This document shows, in pieces, positions 50,483-62,110 of a stretch of DNA of 64,000 bases (position 1 is its first letter; every line of letters starts with the position of its first letter). Made by a program: the position numbers and the translations under genes. The stretch is from Nitrosopumilus sp. (GTDB lineage: Archaea > Thermoproteota > Nitrososphaeria > Nitrososphaerales > Nitrosopumilaceae): positions 2,048,001 through 2,112,000 of the forward strand of contig OZ252243.1 in NCBI GenBank assembly GCA_965249555.1, written 5' to 3'. The notes beneath the pieces were generated by a model. It searched no databases, was not told the origin of the DNA, and was given only the letters and a program-made list of their open reading frames with translations.

Positions 50483-51053
50483 TCGTAATCTTTTCACCAT
50501 CACGAATTTGTTGTGGTATTTCAATATGTCTAGAATTTGTTTGTAATGTGGATTGTAATGCAAAAGAATCATCCATTTGGTTAAACTCTGAATTTATTGC
50601 AGGTGGTATCTCCCAAGTATTTCCATATTGTGTGGGATCCATTTTTTTAATTATATGGGTAGTATCATTTATTGTAGTTATAACATAATTTTTATCAATT
50701 CCTCTCATTTCCATACGGATCATACTATCAATTACAACAATTGATACAGTACCATCTTCAATGATACCTTTGTATCTGTATTCGTCATCTGTTCTATAGT
50801 TAATTTTTTCTCGTGTAATTTCTATTATTTCACCAAAGATGTTTAATTGCATTTTTGGTTGATTTAGTGCATCCAGATTAATATTCACATATGCAGCATT
50901 GGAAACTGTAGGTGTTGTTATTTCAGGTGGACTCGCTATATTAGATGGTATTAATTCAACAAGATCTGGTACTTGCTGTGCAAATGAATCTTCCAATATG
51001 GGAGACAATAATACCAATACCAGAAAAGGAATTACATTTTTTACTAAAGTCAT
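50483..51053 (-). pseudogene. Secreted protein truncated by the IS110 fragment; resembles a reprolysin/M12-type prodomain
   Basis: Signal peptide and a beta-rich YKGIIEDG..V.IV..YVI..HII pattern; family assignment is inference. Confidence 0.55.
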
Positions 51054-51118
51054 TAAATGGCAAAGTGCATAACCACGTTAAAAGATTGTCGATCAAACTA
51101 TTACTTGTTGGTTTTATA

Positions 51119-52516
51119 TTATTGCATTCTCTTTAGAATATCTATTGCTTTTTGCACATCATTATCAGCATCAATTAAAGCCTGTGTTGCATCGTGACGT
51201 GACACTATAGCTTCATTTGCCACATACCTAATATCATCAGCATCGATATGATAATCAACTGTTTCTCGTAGAGGTATGAATTCTTCAAATTCCCCTGTTT
51301 CATCATTAACTCTAGACCCGCCTGCACTTCCAGTTCTTTCTACATATAATAGATTTCCAGTTACTGCATCAAAAAATCCAAAATAGGTCAAAGATACACC
51401 ATCTGAGGATCTTGTAGGTGAAGGTATGCTACAATATACAAGTTGGAGTTTGTAAATAGGTCTCTCATCATATAGTTGCAATGAGGGTTTGGTCCATTGT
51501 TCGAAATATATACCATCTTCAACATGATTATCTTTACAACCAACGTTAAGAAATTTATCATGTTCTAAGACAAATCTTGTAGATGCTTCTTTAAGGTTTG
51601 TTGGGTCTGCAAGTTTCATCTCATTTAGATTGTCATTCCAATAACCAAAGAAGATCATAGTATAACCACCATGTAGATTTACATGAAGTGTATTAGTAGA
51701 TAAATGATAACCATGTGCATTCTGAAAATAACGCTTTTTATCAACGCTAGTAGGTCTAATAGCACTTTCATATGTTGCAAGTTTCAAATCAATTCCCATA
51801 TATTCAAAAAAATCTCTTGCTTGTTCGTGACCAGTTGATATTTCAAAACTATGTGGATGTACAAGTTGAATAGTTACTTTAAGATACCTCTGTGTGTATT
51901 TTTCAAGTTCTATATAACCCTCATTTTCTAAAAAATATCTGTATTTGTCATACATCTCTCTTTTGTCTATTATTCTAATACCAAAATAATCGGCAATCTT
52001 TTGTGCAAAAGCATCTGGATCATCAGGGGGTAATTTTATTACACTAGGGTAAAGAATATCTTGTGGAATTAATTCCGAGATATTTTTAGGGTTTAGAATA
52101 TACACTGGTTCCTCATGTGTGGTTTGAACCGTTGAATTTGTACTGGTTGATTTATCAACACTGGCATCCAATTCTTCAATAGGTGAAGCAATTACAGGAT
52201 TTACATTATCAACTGTTGATTTTACATTTGTAGAATCTTGTTTTTCTACATCCGTATTTGTAGAATCGACAGTAATTGCTATAACATTAAATCCAATTTG
52301 CAACAATCTATCTACCGAGTTTTCAGTTACACAAGCTGGAGTGTTTCGTGGCGATTCCATCAAAATTTTAGAATCACTGCATTGGATTTCATTAATGGGT
52401 ATTCCCGAACTGTATTGTTTGAATGGTGATAAGATTTCTGTCTCTGCAAGTGCAGGTATTGCACTTAATCCGATAGCAAAGACTGCAAGCAGTATTGATG
52501 TTGTTGTATTATTCAA
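51119..52516 (-). CDS. Secreted protein with the SPFKQ module and a C-terminal UBA/NAC-like tail
   Basis: N-terminal ~100 aa near-identical to 42770-43822; ends DDIRYVANEAIVSRHDATQALIDADNDVQKAI. Confidence 0.8.
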   Translation of the reverse strand: MNNTTTSILLAVFAIGLSAIPALAETEILSPFKQYSSGIPINEIQCSDSKILMESPRNTPACVTENSVDRLLQIGFNVIAITVDSTNTDVEKQDSTNVKSTVDNVNPVIASPIEELDASVDKSTSTNSTVQTTHEEPVYILNPKNISELIPQDILYPSVIKLPPDDPDAFAQKIADYFGIRIIDKREMYDKYRYFLENEGYIELEKYTQRYLKVTIQLVHPHSFEISTGHEQARDFFEYMGIDLKLATYESAIRPTSVDKKRYFQNAHGYHLSTNTLHVNLHGGYTMIFFGYWNDNLNEMKLADPTNLKEASTRFVLEHDKFLNVGCKDNHVEDGIYFEQWTKPSLQLYDERPIYKLQLVYCSIPSPTRSSDGVSLTYFGFFDAVTGNLLYVERTGSAGGSRVNDETGEFEEFIPLRETVDYHIDADDIRYVANEAIVSRHDATQALIDADNDVQKAIDILKRMQ

Positions 52517-53299
52517 TAATTTATAATAGTATAGGATGTATATTAGTAATCTTTAAATTTATCTTCAGTATTTTTAAACACTCTTAAAATAATTCCTGCA
52601 ATCTTAACGAAATATTTGAAAATATCAAATCAGATGTGACTGTCATAAATAAAAATTTGAGAAAGTATATTTGATGCACTACTAGTTTGTCTGTAATTTT
52701 GCAGTTGGAACTCTGGTGTACCCCAAGATACTTTGCTTCAATTTTCACCTCTATGCCAATAATTATGGCAAACACTACACAAAGCCCTACTACCCATCCA
52801 ATCCATTCAGGTAAGATTTCTCCAATCTCAAATGGAATAATTACACCTGCGCCATATGCACTCTGTATATTTGTAAACAATAAGGTTTGTAAAGTGATGG
52901 ATCATCAGATATCTTTGCATAATTTCTTTGAATTAATGATTCTACTGATTTTTCAAATATACATATTAGTTTACCATTGAAAACTTTTTCCATTACAACA
53001 CAATCCCTAACAATACATGGTGAAAGTATTTTGGTATTATTCAAGTCCAAATCTCTTACACTGTTCAAACTTTGTGACATTTCCACCTGCTGTTTGATTC
53101 GGGACATGGGAGATTTGTATCCTAGTATTTAGTGTAATAGGCACGGACCGAAAATCTCTTGTGACAATTTTTACAGAAACTATCTGCATAATTAATAAAA
53201 GGCATCATATCCATATCTCCCAGAATATCATCTTGCATATGCTATCACTAAATCATACCTGATGTCAATTAATAATATATGAATCATTTAGAAATAATT

Positions 53300-56200
53300 T
53301 TACGGGGTTGAATCAGTGGCAACTCTTACAAAGTTAGAATGCTCAGAATGGATAAAATCATTGATGGCTATGACACGAAAGACATAGGCAGTGTCAGGTG
53401 ACAGATGCTCAACAACATGTGTAGTATCAGAGCTTCCAGTATCAAAAATACAAATGTACAGATCATCTCTGCACAAAATAGTGTATCCAGTTGCTCTATC
53501 ATCATTAGTATCATCCCAGCTTAGTGTGACAGAGTTATGGGTTGTACCAGTAACTAGAAGATTGGTAGGTGCAAGTAGAGTGGTACTAATCTGTACATAG
53601 TTAGACTGCGGGGACTCCTCAATGCCATTGATAGATATTACACGAAAGACATAGACAGCTCCTGATAGCAGGTTCTCAACAACATGTGTGGTATCAGTGC
53701 TTGCAGTATCCTCAATACATGGCTGCAATGCATCTCCAGTAGATATGTCTCTGCACAGAATCTTGTATCCCGTTATGGAGTCATCATCAGCATCATCCCA
53801 GCTTAGCGTGACAGAGTTGGTATTTGCACCAGTAACTAAAAGACGAGTGGGGGTAGAAGGAAGAACAGGAGGGGATGAAACACTAACAGATACAGTAAAA
53901 CTTGTACTAGCTGAATTTCCAGAATCATCAGTTGCAGTACAGGTTACGATGGTAGTGCCAATGAAAAATGAATGGTCAGATGTATAGTCACAAGTGATAG
54001 TTACTGGGAAGATATCAGTAGCAACTGGTTCATTAAAATTTACAATAGCTGATGTGCTGGCAGTTGAGATGGCAATGTCTGCTGATGTACTGTCAGTTGA
54101 GATGGCAATGTCTGCAGGTATGGCAAATACGGGCTTTGTCGTATCATGAATTGTTACCATTTGGGTTGCACTTGATCTATTATTACTAGAGTCTGTCGCA
54201 TACCATATCACTATGGTATCACCTAATGGGAAGGAATTTGGCGCATCATGTGTGATTATTGGATTTCTATCCACAGAATCAATAGATGTTGCCTGGCCAA
54301 GTTGAGACGAAGATACCTTGGTAAATACATCAGTGGATTCCAATGTAACATCAGATGGCGCAGTGATGGTTGGCGCAGTCGTATCCTGGATTGTGATTGT
54401 ATTTGCAGTTGTTGCAGCATTTCCATTAGAGTCAACTAGCGTCCAGTTAATTACAGTATCACCTAGTGGGAAGGAATTTGGCGCATCATGTGTGATTGTG
54501 ACAGTAAAGTGATCAGTTGCAGAAGGGGTGCCATAGTCACTTTGAGATAGTAGTGTTGATAGTCCTGTTGCTTCAAATGTCATATCCTGTAGTATTATGA
54601 ACTGTGGCGGGATTGTATCTGCAATTATTATATCTTGAGATGTACTAGCTGGATTTCCCGAGGTGTCAACTGCGGTCCACGTTACTGTAGTGGTACCTAG
54701 TGGGAACTGCATTGGAGCATCATGTGTGATAGTTGTTGGAAAGATGTCAGTTACTGTAGGGTTTGATAAAGTCAGAACGGTAAAGTCAGACATTGCCTCT
54801 ATTGTAATATTGCTTAAACTGCTAATTATTGGTGCAGTGGTATCCCGGATTGTAATTCTTTGTACAGCACTAGATTGATTCCCAGAATCATCAGTTGCAG
54901 TCCACGTAACTAGAGTAGTGCCAAGTGGGAATGTACTTGGTGCATTATTTGTTATGTCTGGTTCTGCATCTCTGTTATCAGTAGCTGTTGCCTGACCTAT
55001 TTGAGATGCACTAATTGGTGTGAGTTGTGATGTTGCTTCAAATGTTTTATCACCAGGTAGAGTAATTACAGGATTTACATCATCAGCAAATAAAGTGACA
55101 GTAACATCAAATGATATGGTTGCAGGATTTCCTGCACTATCAGTTGCAGTACAGGTTACGATGGTAGTGCCAATGAAAAATATACTACCAGATGATGGGT
55201 CACAAGTTACAGTACCACTCTCATTTATGAGAGGTGTTGGAAATGATACAACAATACCAGTACCATCTGTTTGAGCAAGTACATCAACAACAGTGGAAGT
55301 AAAAGTAGGTGGTGTAGTATCTGTAGGTCGTGGAGGAGATCCTCCGCCGCCACTACTTACACGAGATATTAAGAGATTATCAACTTCTATTTTTTCACTA
55401 CCATTACTAGATTTTGCAACAAAACGGAAATTAGCTGTATCTTCTCTAATGTTGAGAATAAGACGAGTACTCATCCATTGATCTGTGTGTTGATTGTTAT
55501 TTTCAGTGTAAGATACAAGTGTAATCCAAGTATTTCCATCAACAGAATATTGGACGTATAGTCCTTCGTCCCGATCTACATTATCAGCAACATATCTATC
55601 AAAAGAAACATTTAGTCGCCTCGATGTATCTAAAGGTTGATTTAATGTAACTATACATTCTCTATCACAATTCTCAGAGTGTATGACCATATTAGTACGA
55701 CTATTTTCATTTGGTACATTTTCTTGAGGTCTATCTACTATCCAATTTCTATCACCTGACAAAGTCCAATTATTCAAATCATCAAAGTCATCAGCATATG
55801 AATTAGTTGGTGGAAGAATAGGATTAATTGGTTGTGGAGGAGTTGTAGTAACAGCAAATGGGAATTTGTCAATTCCATGTGTGCTAGAAAGTACAAAGGG
55901 CTCACCAGATAAAGTTATCAAAGTTCCATCAGAGCTTACAGTGATAACATAGTTTCCTGTCTGTGATGCATCAAACACAATAAACTCGTTATTTTGAATA
56001 TCAGATGTACTGCGTTTTATTGTACCGTCAGGATAAACTATCTTTAGATCATAATTATGAAATTGGCTAGGCAAAGAAACAAAAGGACTATCAATAGGTA
56101 ACGTAGCATTTATAATTGCAAATTTAGGATGTTACTAGCCCCAACAACCGACTTTGCTTGACTCATTGTAAGACTTTGATCTTGTTGGAGCTCTAATTCA

Positions 56201-56589
56201 GGCTCATCTCCTAACTTGTAAATAAAATTAAAAGATGCCAACTCTGAAATTCTATTTATAGGGATATCTGCAGATACAAAATCTAATAACGTTGATACAA
56301 AAATATTTTCAGCATTCATATCTTTTAAAATTCCTTGTAATTGATTCTCATAGCCATCAATCACATTGATTAAAACGTATTGTGTCGGGATTGCTTGTGG
56401 TTCTCTAGTATCTGATGGACTCTTTTCATTTTGCAAGTCCAATTGTAGTTGTTCAATTTTCTCATAAAATCCTACATCAAACTTGTAAAGATTCTCATCT
56501 ATTGTGGCATCAGCTTGTTGAGATGTAAATGCAATACTTGGAATTAAGAGTGAAAAAAATAACATGACTGCTAATTTTTGTGTGAACAT
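53300..56589 (-). pseudogene. Subtilase-like surface protein lacking its catalytic domain; HYR/FN3 stalk shared with the 1904-aa gene
   Basis: 56110-56589 has a signal peptide and I9-like propeptide; 53300-56074 begins with a PPC-like NYDLKIVYPDG..NNEFIVF..GNYVITV domain; no D/H/S motifs between them. Confidence 0.7.
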
Positions 56590-56777
56590 ATATTTATGAT
56601 GTGGATATGCTTGTCTATAAGAAATAATCGTTTTACGTCAATCATAAAATAATCAATCAAATACCACTATCAGAGAAACCTAATTTTTATCAAAAAATAC
56701 ATGAGGAGGATTCTTTTATCATATTTTAAAAATGGCCAAGGCAAAGTTATTTTAGATACAAAGGCGTATTTGCATAA

Positions 56778-57884
56778 TTGGGAAAATCATGGTTTTGTGC
56801 AGTTACAATGCCAGTTATGGCGTTAATCATACTGGCAATACCTGAAGTCTATGCAGAATTAGAATGTGAGGATCGTGCACTTGAAGATGGATTCCAGTAT
56901 CGAACAATTGAGCCATTAGACTATTCAATTACAGGTGGCAAATTTCATGGTCTTTGTGCAGAGCCTGATTATTTATGGTATAATATTAGTCTTGAAACCC
57001 AGGATGCAGGAAGTTTGACTATAACAATTCCAAAAGATCAGCTTGATCTAAAACAGTTTGATTATGAATCCTGTTATGCTAATGATTTGCATACAAATCT
57101 TGCGTTTGACAGAAATACGGCAGTAACGCAAATTGCACAGACTGATAACTCGCGCACTTTAAAGTTTGTCTGGAGTGAGCCTATAGACTATATTGATTAT
57201 TTTGGCACTTATGCAATTATTGATGGTGTTGATTATTCAGAGCCTAATTGGTGTATTGGTTTAGTTGAGAGTGGACAAAAAAGTGCAGAAATTCACATCA
57301 AAACGTTGGATGAGTTGTATGATGAGTATTGTTCTGGAGCAGAGATCATGCTAAATCATACACTTGATCATGGCACAGTTAAAAGATTCTGTAGTCCTTA
57401 TCACGCCGGATTTTTGATACATACACAAAACATTGATGCCGATGCAATTTTTACTATTGATGTTCCATATACAGTATTGCCGCTGGCCACAAATGAAAAC
57501 ATACAGAAATTTCGTCTAAAGTTGGATGATACAAGTATTCCACAGAATGAAACTGGGAATCTGATAACTCACCAGTATTTAGAGTATCAGACTTTGGAAT
57601 TTAATATGCCTAAAAGTACCAGTTATTCGTACTTGAAGTTTGCAGCTATGTTTACAATTGAAGCAAAAGATGACGGTATTGATCATGAATACAATCTAAC
57701 AATACCCTTGCTAGAAATTGAAGATACAGACAAGGAATCGCCATCTCACACTGAGACAGAAAAAATAGAATGCAGGTCAGAGTTCGTATCCCTTATGAAA
57801 TATGATAAAAGCAAATCTGTTTGTGTGACCCCTGCAACTGCAGAAAAACTAGTCCAACGGGGATATGGTTTTTTTGAGAGTTGA
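56778..57884 (+). CDS. Secreted protein with thaumarchaeal surface-protein-like domains and a C-terminal CV.P.TAEKL..RG module
   Basis: Signal peptide; YSITGG..GSLTITIP..LD. Confidence 0.8.
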   Translation: MGKSWFCAVTMPVMALIILAIPEVYAELECEDRALEDGFQYRTIEPLDYSITGGKFHGLCAEPDYLWYNISLETQDAGSLTITIPKDQLDLKQFDYESCYANDLHTNLAFDRNTAVTQIAQTDNSRTLKFVWSEPIDYIDYFGTYAIIDGVDYSEPNWCIGLVESGQKSAEIHIKTLDELYDEYCSGAEIMLNHTLDHGTVKRFCSPYHAGFLIHTQNIDADAIFTIDVPYTVLPLATNENIQKFRLKLDDTSIPQNETGNLITHQYLEYQTLEFNMPKSTSYSYLKFAAMFTIEAKDDGIDHEYNLTIPLLEIEDTDKESPSHTETEKIECRSEFVSLMKYDKSKSVCVTPATAEKLVQRGYGFFES

Positions 57885-58048
57885 TGTTATGATTTTGAAA
57901 ACCTAGAGCCTTCAAGACTGATATCTCAGTCATGATCAGTGAACAGTTCCACCCAAAGCAGATTACAGCTTATGACCATTCTTTTGGTGAGCTGAATTTT
58001 GGTTCCGGTACTGAATAGTTGCCCGGTGTCTTGGCAGTTTGCTGTATG

Positions 58049-58178
58049 GGCTCTGGTCAGTTCTGGTGATCTAGCATAGTTAATGGTCAAAAGTGACAAA
58101 TATGGATCTTCTCAGGATTGCCCGACCCCCTTGAAAAAACCCCTGGTCAAAAGTGATATAAAAAAAATTCTTGAATAC
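58049..58178 (+). repeat. Second copy of the ~127-bp repeat
   Basis: Aligns with 50000-50126. Confidence 0.7.
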
Positions 58179-58259
58179 AAGTCAGAATTTCTAAAAATAT
58201 GACCTGTACAATTTTGGTGATCCGTACTCAGAATTCTAAACAGATGTTTCTGACCTTTC

Positions 58260-58508
58260 TTGATAGGCTTTTTGTTTTTACCAGTAGATTTTTTGGAATT
58301 TCTTAGCCTTCAAGACAAAATTGATGAAAATTCTTTTGATCTTTTAATGGAACTAAAAAGAAAGCGTAACAAGTTCTATCATAATGGAAAGCCTGTAGCA
58401 AAAGATTATGCCGATCGCTGTCTCAAATATGCCATGAGGCTACTTGTTGAGAAAATTCATCCGTACATTCATTTATCAGATAATCTGATGCTTACCAAGG
58501 TAGCATAG
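58260..58508 (+). pseudogene. HEPN-like domain fragment
   Basis: Helical segment with RNKFYH (RxxxxH). Confidence 0.5.
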
Positions 58509-59037
58509 AGAATAAAGTTAAAATTCTCACTCTATTATTCTATTTAGAAAATATGTTGAGACCTGATGACCTGTTCTATCAAATTAAACTAATTTCGAAT
58601 TTTCAAATGAATTGAAAAAAATAAATTAATTTCCAAGTAAAATTTAATTTTCAAACAAGGGGGGCTTGTCCTGAAATGATTAATTTTAAATTAAAATAAA
58701 AAAATTAATTTCAATCTAGTTCAAAATATCTGAATCAGGATCAAATGATTTGCTAGTAAAAAATTAAATTTCAATAAAAGAGGGCTTGGTAAACTTAAAT
58801 TTACGATATCAAGAATTAAATTTAAAGATCAGAAATTAATTTTAATGTGAGACTATTGAAATGATTTTAGAAAACACAGAAACAGTTGGATTAATTTAAA
58901 GTTAGAAAATCAAATGTGTCACTCTCAAGTACGGGGATAGAAAAATAAAATGTATAGAAAAGAAGAAGGGTTAAAGTTAATTGGACGGAGACAGAAAATT
59001 ATATAATTTTGAGGACTGACAGACTTTGCTAATAATT

Positions 59038-59403
59038 TTATCGTCTTTCTGGCTTGATGATTAGAGTATCTTTTGTACAATAAACATAAAATGCTTGGTT
59101 CTTTGATAAATTAAGTTCTCTTATGAATTTGATTGGTATTGTTACTCTCGTAGAGTAATACCTTTGGTTCTTGTACGTTTTGGTAAGTTTGTGTCGTATC
59201 TTGACTTGTGTGGAATCTTTGAGTAGTTTCTTGCGGAGTCAAATGATTCTAGTCTTTTTTGATGTTGTAGCATGTAGAATCACATTATCTTGTAGTGCCA
59301 ATTCTTGGGATATTTTGTAGGGAATAATAATGGTGTAACTGTCATGTCTTTGTATTCCGTAGTTTTCTTTTTTTGTTTTTGAGAACACTTGGAGTTTTGG
59401 CAT
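59038..59403 (-). pseudogene. Tandem AbrB/SpoVT-like DNA-binding protein with an internal stop
   Basis: Manual translation SYTIIIPYKISQELAL...*...TRVTIPIKFIRELNL. Confidence 0.6.
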
Positions 59404-59821
59404 TATATGATAAAAAAAAATTTGAATTTAAAGGCAGAAATTATCTATCTTGATTATTTCTTTGTAACCTCTGTCAAATGTTTGGCACAGGTTGTTTTGT
59501 ACTTTTCTTAGATGATTTGTGTTGTTGGCATCAATTGATAGTAACTACGATGATGAACCAAACTATCGTGTTTGCAAATGCTGAGAGTATTTGGTATTTC
59601 ACTGTCTAGCCAGCAACGATTATTTTACAGCATTATGATTTGTGAGACTTGTGGGGTTATTCGTAATTTTACTCCACAACATTGACATCTTAGGTTTGTA
59701 GTTTTGATTGTTACCTGACATGTTGAGCAACGCTTGTATCCTTTCTCATAGGAATATACAAATTTTGATGGTGTGTTTGGCACATTGCACATTTAATTAG
59801 GCTTGGCAGGTTTTTTTAGAT

Positions 59822-60037
59822 ATGCCTTGCAAGGGGATTTGTATCCGATATCGTGTAAATGGTCCACTTTCTGATGGACGATACGCTAATGGCAAGAAGC
59901 GATGCCAGATATGTGATATTTTCATAGACTGGGATGGACTGTACTGCCCATGCTGCCATTGTAAGCTAAGAGTCAAACCAAAGGGAACCAAAACAAAACA
60001 CAATCTAATGATACAACAGAATGTGAAGCGAATTTAG
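59822..60037 (+). CDS. Small Cys-rich zinc-binding protein
   Basis: CKGIC, RCQIC, CPCC. Confidence 0.75.
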   Translation: MPCKGICIRYRVNGPLSDGRYANGKKRCQICDIFIDWDGLYCPCCHCKLRVKPKGTKTKHNLMIQQNVKRI

Positions 60038-60329
60038 AATCTTCAAATACCCTGTTGTGTATTGTACTATCATGAAGACATATTGCAAGTGTGGATGTGA
60101 GACTCCACTAACTGACTATGAGTATCGCAAGTTCTCAGGATACAAGCGAGGACATGAGCCTCTTCCGTAATGCAATTGTGTAAATTTCCTAAAATGTGGT
60201 TTTGCAAGAATTGTATTTACTAATCTGAATCCACACAGCTAACGCTAGGGTATAAAGATGCCATTATACCACGATCAGAGAATGCATGACATATGTAATT
60301 ATGACATTATTTTTTCAGATAGTTGTATC

Positions 60330-60504
60330 TGAGACTTGGGCATAATGATTTACAAAAAAACCAAGACTTTTCTCTAACAACAAAGCATTCTTTTCACAAT
60401 CCTTGGATTCTCACTTCCAATTACACAGACGTTATACGAAATCTTTTTCATATCTTGTGATGTATACCTACTGTTGGGCCTGAGAGTTGAATGGATACTG
60501 CCAT
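60330..60504 (+). mobile_element. IS982/IS5-like right end joined at TTACACAG to a partial IS110 family B left end
   Basis: Same junction as 61876-62110. Confidence 0.8.
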
Positions 60505-60530
60505 ATCTATGAAGCAGACCCTTACACAAG

Positions 60531-60803
60531 TTACTTTTCAATAATTGTCAAGTCAACCAAATTGTTACCAAGTCTCTTTTCAATGTCATGTGATGATATG
60601 ATAGCATCTTCCCAACTTGAGAATGTTTTTACCGCAGTATGATCATAACTTTTATCCTTTACAGTTTTGTTTTTAAAATTATACATTGAGAGCCGAGTTT
60701 TCTTGCATGAATCCTCGTTCATACAAGTCAATCTAAATTCAAAGACAGGTATTGGAATTATTTCTTTAATTTCACATAATAATGTATGTTCAAGACAATA
60801 CAT
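60531..60803 (-). CDS. Hypothetical protein
   Basis: ORF only. Confidence 0.4.
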   Translation of the reverse strand: MYCLEHTLLCEIKEIIPIPVFEFRLTCMNEDSCKKTRLSMYNFKNKTVKDKSYDHTAVKTFSSWEDAIISSHDIEKRLGNNLVDLTIIEK

Positions 60804-61055
60804 TCATCCCATAAGCCCTCTCTAATTCTGTTTGGAATTGTTTGTTCTATTAACTGCTTTTCTATGAATATAGTTTTCATGATACAAATCATCTGTTTCA
60901 TTTAGATAGGATGTGGTGTAGAAGATGCAATCTACAAAATATTTACTTCTTGGGAAGATGCAAAAACAGCACTCAATCTGAGATAATTTTTCACCTTTCT
61001 TTTTTTACTACAAATTAATGGCGATTCTTTAATACTCTAATTAAAAAATATATTA

Positions 61056-61637
61056 ATGTCAAAAGTAACCATTGCACTATTTTTTAGTATTTTGTTACTC
61101 ATGATAGTTCCGGGAAACGTGTATGGTGATTTTACCTACGAGTCATGCATGCCAGAATTTGGCAAAACAAAGATGATGAAAAACAATGATGATACAGGAA
61201 GAATATACTGCGTATCTGTTTCTACTGCTGAAAAACTAGAAGAGAGGGGATGGGGTACTTTAAATCATAATTATTTTTTTGTTAAATTACAAATTCATGG
61301 AGGTAATACACCTTTTAGAAATTTTGATGATGTTATTTTCTTAGTAGATTATAAAAAACAAAAAGATATTTTTGATAAATATGAAAAAGATTGCCAGATT
61401 CAGGAACAAGAGATGTTTAAATCAAGTAAAAATAAAATAGATTGTTTTGTTACTTTTTATAATAATACTGTATTTTACTCCCCATGGCTAGCAGGAGAAG
61501 ATTCAAAAATAGAAAATTTTTGGGCACAAGGAATTATAACAATAACAGATAATAAAATTACATATTATTTTGAAAACAATAATGGAACTTACTGGGAAGG
61601 AAAAACAACAAGTTTAGAAACTTTTTATAAAAAATAG
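61056..61637 (+). CDS. Secreted protein with an N-terminal C..CV..TAEKL..RGW module
   Basis: Signal peptide; YCVSVSTAEKLEERGWG. Confidence 0.75.
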   Translation: MSKVTIALFFSILLLMIVPGNVYGDFTYESCMPEFGKTKMMKNNDDTGRIYCVSVSTAEKLEERGWGTLNHNYFFVKLQIHGGNTPFRNFDDVIFLVDYKKQKDIFDKYEKDCQIQEQEMFKSSKNKIDCFVTFYNNTVFYSPWLAGEDSKIENFWAQGIITITDNKITYYFENNNGTYWEGKTTSLETFYKK

Positions 61638-61875
61638 ATATGTTTAGTGCAAGCTAAACTCGTTTTGTATTAGTTCCCAAGGTATGATTACAGTGTGTCT
61701 TTGTTGATATGTATTTGTAGGATGATTTATTGGATTTGTCTTCCAATTATCAAATGTGTAATCGCATATTTTGTGATTGTTTTGACCCAATGTTGATCTT
61801 ACATCAATTGATTCGTTTTCAGTATCAAGTGGTGATTCATATTGACATATGTGTCCACTATGCATTCCAATTAGT

Positions 61876-62110
61876 TGAGGCTTGGGCATAATGATTTACA
61901 AAAAAACCAAGACTTTTCTCTAACAGCAAAGCATTCTTTTCGCAGTCCTTGGATTTTCACTTTTAATTACACAGACGTTATACGAAATCTTTTTCATATC
62001 TTGTGATGTATACCTACTGTTGGGCCTGAGAGTTGAATGGATACTGCCATGTACAAGGGCGTTTAACAGACTAACTCAAAGTAAGCGGAAAACAAAATAC
62101 CACATAGATG
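61876..62110 (+). mobile_element. IS982/IS5-like right end plus IS110 family B left end, cut by the next IS
   Basis: Homologous to 60330-60504 and 44217-44354. Confidence 0.8.

Noticed and set aside
37059-55180. Near-identical 3' gene segments as a diversity-generating retroelement template/variable pair
   Set aside because: No reverse transcriptase in the window, kilobase-long homology, and no obvious adenine-specific bias
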